From Planctomycetota bacterium (lineage in GTDB: Bacteria > Planctomycetota > SZUA-567 > JAKLDR01), in contig JAKLDR010000005.1 in NCBI GenBank assembly GCA_022703445.1, forward strand, positions 36,107-100,106: DNA of 64,000 nucleotides, given 5' to 3'. The stretch's first letter is position 1. Every line of letters starts with the position of its first letter. Below the pieces are notes generated by a model. It saw nothing but the letters and a program-made list of their open reading frames with translations. It was not told the DNA's origin and ran no database searches. Of this stretch, positions 17,549 to 25,655 are shown one piece after another. A program made the translations under genes and the position numbers.

Positions 17549-20200
17549 TCACTTTACCTCACACGTCTCTTCGGCGGCGTACTTCCGGTCGACGCGCACG
17601 ACGCGGCGGCTGTAGAGGTCGCCGACGTAGATCTTCTTCTCGCTCGCGCCGGCCGAGAGCGGCCAGCCCAGCGGCACCTCCGGCGTGGCGATCAGCGGCT
17701 TCTTGTCCGCCGAGCCCTCCGGCACCCACTGCGAGTCGAAGTTGCCGTAGGCGCCGAACTTGGTTATCTCGTTGCCGGCGTTGTCCAGCACGCGCACGTC
17801 GAACGTGCAGGTGTTGGGGATCACCAGCCGGCCGTAGGCGTCCAGGTCGAAGCGCGGCGAGCGGCAGACGCAGCCGCCCGGCTCCTTCGTGGGGGTGGCG
17901 CCGCTGAACGAGCCGTAGCCCGGATAGGCCCCGGCCACTCCTTCGTATTCGGCCAGGCGGTCCCGCTTGCCCTTGGGCAGGCCGCCGCCCTCCGGCTTGA
18001 ATTTGACCACGCTGCCGATGCCGCTCTGGAAGGCGGCGTCGCCCTCGAAGCCCGCCGGCGGCTTGTAGCCCTCGGGCAGAAGGTTCATGCCCACGTAGAC
18101 GAAGCCCCGCCGGTCCACCTTGAGTCCGCCGCAGGCCCCCGGGACCAGGCCGATCAGCGCGCTGTTGATGCCCCGGTCGGCCAGCGGCCTGAGGTCACCG
18201 TGGTCGGGCTGGGTCTTGAGGCGCTCGATCTGCGCGGTGCAGACCTTCGGGCCGGGGATGAACTTGCCGTCGCGGTCGTAGGTGACCACGTAGTAGTCGC
18301 CCCAGGCGAGCAAGCCCATCGAGTAGAGCCGGCCGTCCCAGCCCAGGCACGAGCCCTTGGTGCAGTAGCCCTGGCCGTAGCGGCCGAAGACCCAGCCGAT
18401 GGTGTCGCTCTTGGTGGCGGCCAGCGGGGCGGGCTTGAGGTCCCGGTCCATCCGCTTGTAGGCGCCGGAGAAACCCGTTTTCCCATCCTGGATGTAGACG
18501 AATCCGTCCGGGCTGACCACCGTGTCGGTGGCGACGAGCGGATCCATCCGACCGTCCTTCATCGCCCCGTTGTACTTGCCGGTGAGGCCAGAGTAGCGGT
18601 AGGTCCGGATCCAGCCGTCGGAGACGTAGACGTCGTCGGTCTCCGGGTCCACGGTGATGCGGTCCACGCCGCGAATGGCCAACGGGTCGCGCTCGCTCAG
18701 GTCCTCGATGATCCTGAACTCGGTGCCGGCGTCCTCGATGCGCAGCAGGCCGTGGCCGGCGTTGCGGCCGTTGACGTTGGCCAGCCAGACCTGGGGCTTG
18801 GCGGCGCCGAAGTCCACGGCCAGGAAGGACTGCTGGTTCTCGGTCGTGCCCTGGAACTCGATCCGGGCCAGCTGCCTGGCGCCGGCCTCGCAGGCCGAGA
18901 ACTTGGCGAGAGTCACCTTGGCCGCCCGGCTGATGACGTAGACCGCGCCGGTTTTGTCGTCGACCACGGCCCCCTGCGCGCCGGGGAAGGGGAGGGCGCC
19001 GGTCTCCTTCCCGGCGGAGTCGAAGCGGCGCACCGCGCCGTTGGCGAAGTCGCAGACGTAGACGTTGCCCTTGGCGTCGACGGTCACGCCCTGGAGGGCG
19101 CTGGTGGCCATGCCGGGCGCCCAGCCGGCCTCGGGGGGGCGGCACTTGTCGGGGAGCGCCACGTCGGCGAAGGTCTCCATGCCCTGGCCGATCTTGTCGA
19201 GCGACATCTTGTAGACCCGCCCATCCGGGAGGTCCGGGTTGAGCTTCTGGCCCTTGTCCGCGACCCGCGCCTTGCCGGTCAGGTAGAGCGTCTTGCCGTC
19301 GGCGGCCACGGCCATGGCCGGCGAGCCGCCGATGGCGCAGTAGTCGGGGAAGCGCTTGTCGCCCTGCGGCCAGAGCGACTCGCCGAAGACGCCGCCGACC
19401 GCGCCGCCGTCCGCCGCGCGCACCCGACAGAGGACCCGGAAGCTCTCATCGATCAGCAGCAGCACGCCGTCGGGCGTGACTGCCCCCAGCTTCAGAGTCA
19501 GCGGACCGTAGGAGCGCGAGTAGCCCTTGGGCTTGGTCTCGTAGAGGTAGGCCCAGAGGCTGCCCTGGTTGCGGGGCACGAGCGCCTCGCCCGGAGCGGC
19601 GATCAGGCCGAAGGGGGCGGCGTCCTCTTTCTTCAAGTTCGCGGGGTAGGGCATGACCGTGCGCAGGTATTTGCCGGTGCGGTCGAAGACCCGGATGTCG
19701 GTCGAGCCGCCGCCGTTGTAGGCCTCCTCGCGGACGTAGAGGTTGCCCGCGGCGTCGAGGACCATGCCGCGCACCGGCGAGTAGCGCACGGTGCAGAGCG
19801 CGTAGGGGCTCGCGCCCACGAAGCCGTCGAAGACCGTCTTCGTCCCGGCGCGGACGCGGACCTTGAAGGGGCCGCCCGCGGCGGGTTTGCCGAAGTCGTC
19901 CTTCCCGTCCCAGACGATCTCCTGGACGAGCCCGGCCTTGAGCGGCTCCGGCGGCGGCTTCGGCCCGCCCAGGACGCCGGCAGCCAGGTGGCAGACGATC
20001 TTGCCGGCCGCGTCCAACACCGCCACCTCCACGTCGGTCGGCGCCGAGACGGTGAAGCTGATCTTCACCTTGCCCTGCCCTGAGCTTGTCGAAGGGTCGC
20101 CTTCCTTCGCGGCGGCCGGCTTGGCGGTGAAGGCCGCCTCGCCGGCGGTGGCCGTCGTAGCCATGATGAGCCCCGTCATCACGATTAGTGCGCTGCGCAT
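17549..20200 (-). CDS. secreted FlgD-Ig-like + NHL/beta-propeller repeat protein, paralog 1 of 2
   Basis: ORF 17549..20293. Start at MRSALIVMTGLIMATTATAGEAAF (SD AGGAGAG). The N-terminal KVKISFTVSAPTDVEVAVLDAAGK...WDGKDD resembles the FlgD Ig-like domain. NHL-like strands follow, e.g. DAKGNVYVCDFANGAVRRFD. Confidence 0.8.
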   Translation of the reverse strand: MRSALIVMTGLIMATTATAGEAAFTAKPAAAKEGDPSTSSGQGKVKISFTVSAPTDVEVAVLDAAGKIVCHLAAGVLGGPKPPPEPLKAGLVQEIVWDGKDDFGKPAAGGPFKVRVRAGTKTVFDGFVGASPYALCTVRYSPVRGMVLDAAGNLYVREEAYNGGGSTDIRVFDRTGKYLRTVMPYPANLKKEDAAPFGLIAAPGEALVPRNQGSLWAYLYETKPKGYSRSYGPLTLKLGAVTPDGVLLLIDESFRVLCRVRAADGGAVGGVFGESLWPQGDKRFPDYCAIGGSPAMAVAADGKTLYLTGKARVADKGQKLNPDLPDGRVYKMSLDKIGQGMETFADVALPDKCRPPEAGWAPGMATSALQGVTVDAKGNVYVCDFANGAVRRFDSAGKETGALPFPGAQGAVVDDKTGAVYVISRAAKVTLAKFSACEAGARQLARIEFQGTTENQQSFLAVDFGAAKPQVWLANVNGRNAGHGLLRIEDAGTEFRIIEDLSERDPLAIRGVDRITVDPETDDVYVSDGWIRTYRYSGLTGKYNGAMKDGRMDPLVATDTVVSPDGFVYIQDGKTGFSGAYKRMDRDLKPAPLAATKSDTIGWVFGRYGQGYCTKGSCLGWDGRLYSMGLLAWGDYYVVTYDRDGKFIPGPKVCTAQIERLKTQPDHGDLRPLADRGINSALIGLVPGACGGLKVDRRGFVYVGMNLLPEGYKPPAGFEGDAAFQSGIGSVVKFKPEGGGLPKGKRDRLAEYEGVAGAYPGYGSFSGATPTKEPGGCVCRSPRFDLDAYGRLVIPNTCTFDVRVLDNAGNEITKFGAYGNFDSQWVPEGSADKKPLIATPEVPLGWPLSAGASEKKIYVGDLYSRRVVRVDRKYAAEETCEVK

Positions 20201-20225
20201 CGGTCTCTCTCCTGTCCAGAACCCG

Positions 20226-20312
20226 GGGGTGTGTGAGCATGTGGGCATGCGAGCGTGTGGGTACGCGAAGCGATTATTCGCACCCCAACTCACTCACACA
20301 CCCACACACTCC
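20226..20312. repeat. intercistronic imperfect palindrome built from GTGTG(G/A)G words, copy 1
   Basis: Left arm GGGGTGTGTGAGCATGTGGGCATGCGAGCGTGTGGGTACG. Right arm CGCACCCCAACTCACTCACACACCCACACACTCC. A related copy sits in inverted orientation at 41713-41803 and shares GTGTGGGTACG. Confidence 0.75.
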
Positions 20313-20326
20313 GTCGCCGTGCTCCG

Positions 20327-23068
20327 TCACTTCCCAGCCGTCCCCGCCACCTCCGCGCAGAGCGCGAAGAGCTTGTCGTCGCGGAGCTGCCAGTCGGAGC
20401 AGTCGGTGACCAGCGACCGAACGCCGCGCCGGGTGGCGTAGTCGCCGCAGTGGAGCCGGAACCGGGCCCGCTCGACGAGCAGGTCGTCGATCCGCTTGGC
20501 CACGTCGGCGCCGACCTTCTTCTCGACGACCGCGCGCTGCAGGAAGATGATGGCCTCGCAGACCTGCACGCCCTCGCGGAACATCTCCATCCTCGCGTTG
20601 AAGGCGGCCCCGTCCGGACCTGGGCTGAAGAGCGCGATGACGTTCTCGCCCGGCCCGGTGCCGCCGACCTCGGAGTCGAACATGGAGTCCCAGTCGTAGC
20701 GGCCCTCGTATCCGCGCCAGGCGCCCTGCCCCTTGGGCAGCGGCCAGGAGTCGCCGCCCACCCGGCCGAGGCCCCGGCATCCGCCCTGGAGTGCCGCCTC
20801 GCTGATGAACCGGTACTGTCCCTGCGGCGAGCTGGTCCGCAGCGCGTCCATCACGCAGGACGCCCCGTAGCGGGGATTGGCCAGGGCGATGGGCGGCGCG
20901 GCGGCCCACGGCTTGGGATAGCCGTTCTTCTGCGGATTGTAGACCGGGCTTCCACGATAGTCAGGGTCGTAGGCCTGGCCGGCGCCCCAAACGTACTCCA
21001 CGCAGGCCACCGGCATGGTGCTCTTGTCCGCCGCCTGGTACGTGGTCATGTACGGGTGGCCGCACTGCAGCCAGCGGCCGTCGGGCCAGATGGCCTTGAT
21101 CGTGGAGACGAACTCCGGGATCGGCGGGCTGGCGTAGTCGTCGTGGCTCACGGCCGTGACGTCGAACCAGCCGCGCTTCTCCAGCCGCTTCCTGAGCTCG
21201 GTCAGCACCGGCTTCCAGAACGCCTCGCTCTCCGGCGTGCCGTAAGCCGGCTGGGGCAGGGCCTCGAGCTTGCCGGTGGCCGGATCCAGGACGGTGACGG
21301 CCAGCCGCGGCCACCCGGACGCGGCCATGGCTTTGCCTCCCCGGGTCTTGTCGAGGTCCCCGACGGCCAGGATCCCCGGCTTGCCGCAGTTCTTCTCGTA
21401 GACGTCCAGGTACTTCTCGACGAGGCTGAAGTCGTAGTCGTATGCACCGTCAGCCTTCTTTACCCAGCGCACGATCGACTCGGTGTTGTTGATGCCCGGG
21501 CTCTTGATCGCCAGGTGGAGCGTGCAGAGCTTGTTGCCCACCTGTTGGAAGGCGGCCATGGACTTGCCGATCAGCTCGAAGTGCTTGTCGCTCCACATCG
21601 GCACCTTGTAGAACTTCGCCAGGGTGTCCTCCGAGGAGTAGATGTTGTTGTGGACGGAGAAGTCCTTCGGGTCCGGCAGGCGCCAGCCGTTGACCTTGAG
21701 CTTGACCGGCACGACGATCTTGACCGGGCCGGCCGCGCCGGCGGCCTCGAGGCTCACCGTCCCCGCGTACTCCCCGGCCGGGGCGTCGGGCGGCACCTTC
21801 ACCGTCACCCAGACCGGCGCGACCGCCATGGCCACCTCGGGGCGCCGGGGGTCCACCGGCACCGGCGGAATCTCCGCGGGCAGTTCAACGAGCAGGCGGT
21901 CGAACCGGTCCCAGCCGGCCCAGCTCAGCTCGGCCCGGGCGTGCTCGGCCAGGCGCAACTGGACCGCCGCAGCCGGGATCTTCCCCTTGCCTGTGGCCTC
22001 GACCAGCTCGGAGGCCGTGGCCTTGAAGCCCTTGATAGCCCCCGAGGAACTCAGCACCACTCTGCCGGAGAAGCTGCCGTTGCGGGCGCCGACCAGGCGG
22101 ATCGGGAAGACGTTCTCGCCGGGGTGCGCGAAATCCCAGGCGAAGTCGGTCTCGGTCGGCGGGACCACCGCCGCCTCGATCCCCGGCGATGACCAGACGC
22201 TGGGGACGAGCCCGGCGGCCGAGGCGCAGGTCACGCGCGCGTCGGTCACCGCGGCGTGCGGCCAGCAGTGCCTGTACTCGCGCAGGTCCACGCCCTTCCA
22301 GGCGGCGGAGCCCTCCACGCAGGCCTCGTGGGCCGGCGCGGCGCGGACCTCGACCGCCACGACGTTGACGCCCTTGCGGAGCATCGCGGCGGGGATCTCC
22401 ACGCCGTCGGCGAAGGCGCCGGGCTTGAGCTCCCGGCCGCGCACCTTGAGGAGCTCGGCGGCGACCTTGGCGTCCTCGCTCATCCGGGCGAGGACCTTGC
22501 CGTCCTTGTCGACGTAGGCCTCGTCGGCGTAGCGCGCTGCCAGCGTATCCGGGCCCAGCTTGCCCTCCGGCAGGTGTCCGCGGGCCAGCTCCGTCCCGTT
22601 GACGTAGACGACCGCGCCGCCCACGTAGCGCAGGAAGAGCTTCAGCCCCCGGACCTGTCCCGGATCGATGACCCGGAACCTGCCGCGCAGACAGACCAGA
22701 TTGCCTTCCAGCGCGCGCCGCCCCGGGTTGTCGATGCCCACATGGATGGCCGCCGCCCCGTCGCGGCCCCGCGGCCAGCCGCTGTCGTCGAACTCGGCGG
22801 CGTTCCACGTGGCCGCCGGGCGGTCCGACTCCAGGACGGGCATCGGCTTGCGGTCCTCGTCCTTCGGCGTGCTGCCCTTGGGCTCGAGCAGAGGCTTGAG
22901 CTTGCCGTCCGCCGAGATCAGCACCGGCGTCTTCCAGCCCAGGAAGACGCGGAAGGAGCCGCTGTTCAGGTCGAGGACCGCCGTCTCACCGGCGGGCTTG
23001 GGGGGCTCGCCGGCAAGGGCGATGGAGCCGGCGATCAACAGGGCCAGGACGGTCGTGACAGCTCTCAT
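20327..23068 (-). CDS. secreted DUF4091/GH123-like protein, paralog 2 of 4
   Basis: 913-aa ORF. Signal peptide MRAVTTVLALLIAGSIALAGEPP. Collinear with paralogs 1, 3 and 4. SD GGAGGA. Only a 9-bp gap from the upstream gene. Confidence 0.85.
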   Translation of the reverse strand: MRAVTTVLALLIAGSIALAGEPPKPAGETAVLDLNSGSFRVFLGWKTPVLISADGKLKPLLEPKGSTPKDEDRKPMPVLESDRPAATWNAAEFDDSGWPRGRDGAAAIHVGIDNPGRRALEGNLVCLRGRFRVIDPGQVRGLKLFLRYVGGAVVYVNGTELARGHLPEGKLGPDTLAARYADEAYVDKDGKVLARMSEDAKVAAELLKVRGRELKPGAFADGVEIPAAMLRKGVNVVAVEVRAAPAHEACVEGSAAWKGVDLREYRHCWPHAAVTDARVTCASAAGLVPSVWSSPGIEAAVVPPTETDFAWDFAHPGENVFPIRLVGARNGSFSGRVVLSSSGAIKGFKATASELVEATGKGKIPAAAVQLRLAEHARAELSWAGWDRFDRLLVELPAEIPPVPVDPRRPEVAMAVAPVWVTVKVPPDAPAGEYAGTVSLEAAGAAGPVKIVVPVKLKVNGWRLPDPKDFSVHNNIYSSEDTLAKFYKVPMWSDKHFELIGKSMAAFQQVGNKLCTLHLAIKSPGINNTESIVRWVKKADGAYDYDFSLVEKYLDVYEKNCGKPGILAVGDLDKTRGGKAMAASGWPRLAVTVLDPATGKLEALPQPAYGTPESEAFWKPVLTELRKRLEKRGWFDVTAVSHDDYASPPIPEFVSTIKAIWPDGRWLQCGHPYMTTYQAADKSTMPVACVEYVWGAGQAYDPDYRGSPVYNPQKNGYPKPWAAAPPIALANPRYGASCVMDALRTSSPQGQYRFISEAALQGGCRGLGRVGGDSWPLPKGQGAWRGYEGRYDWDSMFDSEVGGTGPGENVIALFSPGPDGAAFNARMEMFREGVQVCEAIIFLQRAVVEKKVGADVAKRIDDLLVERARFRLHCGDYATRRGVRSLVTDCSDWQLRDDKLFALCAEVAGTAGK

Positions 23069-23077
23069 GGGCTCCTC

Positions 23078-24355
23078 CTATTTCTTACCGTCGGCCGGAG
23101 CGACCTCCGGCGGCTTGCAGATGTAGACCGGCTTGTCGGCCCCGGCCATCCAGCCCAGGCACTTGATCGAGGGCACGTAGAAGAAGAAGGAGTACCACGC
23201 GCCGTTGCCGCCCGCCGCGGCGCAGTCGGGCATGGGCGCGGCGAGCTGGACCTTGTCGGCCGTCCAGGCCTTGGTCAGCGGCTCGTCCGCCGGAGGCTTG
23301 AGCCGGTGGAGCGTCGCGCCCCCGCCGTTGACCGGGCGGTAGTAGAAGTTCCCGTCGGGCGGATAGAAGACGAAGCGGCAGGGCTCGGGCGAAGTGACCG
23401 CCGGCAGCTCGCCCTCGACCTTCAGGACTTTCCAGCCGGCGCCGGGGTTGTCGAGCTGGAAGACGTGGAGCTCCTTGCCGGCGAAGTCGATGATCAGCCG
23501 GCGGACCGGATCCAGGAAGCTCCAGCCGCCGCCTCCGAAGGCCGGCCAGCCGTACTGCGGCGCCGTGGCCTTGACCTTGGACCAGTCGGCCGCGTCGTAG
23601 TAGGGGAGGTCCTTGCGCTTCTCGATGCCGCCGACGCTGTAGTAGCGGCCGGTCTTCTCGTCGAAGAGCACCGAGGAGTAGATCCCGGCCATCCGCGGAT
23701 GGTCCGCGGAGGTCAGGCGCGACCACTTCCTGGTGTCGAGGTTCAGGGCGTGAGGCCCGCGCCCGCCGCCGCCGTCGCCCTGCACGCCGGCCCGGCCGAT
23801 GAAGACCACCGAGCCCTTGGGCCCGCCGCCCAGGGCGGCCGGCAGCTCGGCGGCGATGAGATAGGGGTGACTGGGCAGCGGCACCTCGGTGCCCTTCCAC
23901 TCCTGCCAGGGGTCGCCGTTGGAGTTCTGCGCGCAGAACGCGGTGCCGCCATTGATGGTGGCCACGCCGTTGGCGTTCTCGAAGGCCTTCCAGGTCGCGT
24001 CCTCGAAGTCGAAGAACACCGCGCCGGTGAGCTGCATCGGGGCGGCATGCCCGCCCATGCAGGTGAAGACGTAGGCCCCGCGCGAGGAGTAGTCCCGGAC
24101 GAAGGTGCCGCCGCCGAAGGCGCCGAAGAGGGCGGTGGTCATCATATCCGGCTTGACGCCAACCACCTTGGCCACGTCGACGGCCTTGTTGGTGCCGATG
24201 GCCTTCACCTCTCCGGGCTTGGGGAGCTCGTAGGGCGGCTCGGCGGCGGACGATGGAAGGGCCAAGCAGAAGGCCAGGAGGTACTGAGGCACCAAGGCAC
24301 TGAGGCACTTAGTGCGCTTCGCGCGCGATGCCGGATGGGCGAACTTCTCGAACAT
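23078..24355 (-). CDS. secreted hypothetical protein, probable beta-propeller, distant paralog of 31464..32582
   Basis: ORF 23078..24367. The second ATG (24355) follows GGAGGAGACG, so the start may be 24367 or 24355. The N-terminus ...AKRTKCLSALVPQYLLAFCLALPSSAAEPP is signal-like. C-terminal blocks resemble those of the 31464 gene. Confidence 0.75.
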   Translation of the reverse strand: MFEKFAHPASRAKRTKCLSALVPQYLLAFCLALPSSAAEPPYELPKPGEVKAIGTNKAVDVAKVVGVKPDMMTTALFGAFGGGTFVRDYSSRGAYVFTCMGGHAAPMQLTGAVFFDFEDATWKAFENANGVATINGGTAFCAQNSNGDPWQEWKGTEVPLPSHPYLIAAELPAALGGGPKGSVVFIGRAGVQGDGGGGRGPHALNLDTRKWSRLTSADHPRMAGIYSSVLFDEKTGRYYSVGGIEKRKDLPYYDAADWSKVKATAPQYGWPAFGGGGWSFLDPVRRLIIDFAGKELHVFQLDNPGAGWKVLKVEGELPAVTSPEPCRFVFYPPDGNFYYRPVNGGGATLHRLKPPADEPLTKAWTADKVQLAAPMPDCAAAGGNGAWYSFFFYVPSIKCLGWMAGADKPVYICKPPEVAPADGKK

Positions 24356-24406
24356 CGTCTCCTCCATTCAGCTCAGTGCCTTAGTGCCTCAGTCCCTCAG
24401 TGCCTT
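24281..24406. repeat. CAGTGCCT-word palindromic element, copy A, spanning a gene boundary
   Basis: Arm 24281-24316 (GTACTGAGGCACCAAGGCACTGAGGCACTTAGTGCG) is complementary to arm 24372-24406 (CTCAGTGCCTTAGTGCCTCAGTCCCTCAGTGCCTT). The 55-nt loop holds the SD and start of the 23078 gene. Arm 2 covers the last 7-8 codons and the stop of the regulator gene. Confidence 0.85.
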
Positions 24407-25496
24407 CGCGTTGGTCCGGCAGCCTCAGCCTCGTCGGCACCTTGATGAGCGTGGGGGACATTCCGGGGCGCGAGCGCCGCTCGGCCAGGCGCGCGATGGT
24501 CCGGCGGGCCAGCCGGGCGATGCTCCAGGTGATGGTCGGGGGTACCGGGGAGTCGCCGAGGACGCCGCGGTAGGTGTTCCAGTCCTCCTCCGCGCTCCAG
24601 CCCACCATGGCCACATCCCGACCGAGCTCAAGTTTCAGCTCCGCCGCCGCGGGGACGAGCGCATCGACCGAGTTGTGCCAGAGGGCCAGCACCGCCGTAG
24701 GCCGGTCGCGCCGCTCGAGCAGCTTCCGGGCGGCCTCGGGCAGCTGCTCCCAGGGCGTGTCCGCCATCAGTTTCTGATCGATGTCCAGCCCGGCCGCGGC
24801 CAGAGCGGCGGCGGCGCCTCCGAAGCGCTCGCGGCTGGTGGCGCTGTCGGAGATGGGTCCCAGCCAGCCGATGCGCTTGTGCCCCGCGGCGATGAGGTGC
24901 TCGGCCGCGAGCAGCGCCCCCTGGAAGGAGTCCTGCACGACGGCGTCGACGTGCATGGCCGGCTCCCAGGCGTCCATCATCACGACGGGCATGCCGATCT
25001 TCTCGGCGGATGCCAGGCGGCCCGGGTCGGGCGCGTCGAGGATCATCCCCGAGACGCGGCAGTCGCGGAGCTGCTCGATGACCTGCTCGCTGGTGCGCTC
25101 GCCGGTGCCGACCGCCAGCATCGACCAGCCGCGCTCGGCGGCGGCCTTCTGCAGCGCGGCGAAGAGCAGCCGGTTGAACTCGTTCCAGAGCCCTGGCTGC
25201 TCCGCTCCGGAGAGCACGAAGGCCACGGGCAGGCCGCGGTCGGGGTCGTTGGCCCGGGCGTGAACCTTGAAGCCGTGCCGCGGATGGCTGACCAGGAGCC
25301 CCTCGCCCTCAAGCTGCTTGGCCGCCCGCCGGGCGGTCTCGGCAGAGACCCCGTACTTGGAGCCTATCTCCTTGGTCGAAGGCAGATTAGCGCCGGCGCG
25401 GACCTGTCCGGCCTGGATGGCCTGCTTCAGCTGCTCGGCCAGCCAAGGATAGCTGCCCTTGGCATTCTCGCTCGGTACCAACTTGGTGATGGGCAT
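24381..25496 (-). CDS. GntR-type HTH fused to a LacI/periplasmic-binding-protein-like sugar-binding domain, regulator 1
   Basis: 371 aa. LPSTKEIGSKYGVSAETARRAAKQLEGEGLLVSHPRHGFKV (GntR wHTH), then a LacI-like ligand-domain pattern (VAFVLSGAE...GMILD...IGWLGP). Paralog of 49267..50367. Confidence 0.85.
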   Translation of the reverse strand: MPITKLVPSENAKGSYPWLAEQLKQAIQAGQVRAGANLPSTKEIGSKYGVSAETARRAAKQLEGEGLLVSHPRHGFKVHARANDPDRGLPVAFVLSGAEQPGLWNEFNRLLFAALQKAAAERGWSMLAVGTGERTSEQVIEQLRDCRVSGMILDAPDPGRLASAEKIGMPVVMMDAWEPAMHVDAVVQDSFQGALLAAEHLIAAGHKRIGWLGPISDSATSRERFGGAAAALAAAGLDIDQKLMADTPWEQLPEAARKLLERRDRPTAVLALWHNSVDALVPAAAELKLELGRDVAMVGWSAEEDWNTYRGVLGDSPVPPTITWSIARLARRTIARLAERRSRPGMSPTLIKVPTRLRLPDQREGTEGLRH

Positions 25497-25655
25497 GGTG
25501 CCAACCTCCTGCCAACATAGTACCCCACGCGGCCAGAAGTGTTGGCGGGAAAAAGTGCTTACAAAACCAGCTGGAACTGAGTTCCTCGGTCAACTGCCCG
25601 TGACCATCTGCCACGCAGAGCTTGGCGGCTCCGTTGTGGTTGACAGGCGCCCGGC

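Noticed and set aside
25573-25585. Perfect 13-bp palindrome GGAACTGAGTTCC upstream of regulator 1 as a candidate operator
   Set aside because: It occurs once, is short, and has no counterpart upstream of regulator 2 or elsewhere in the locus that I could find. This is not enough to call a binding site.
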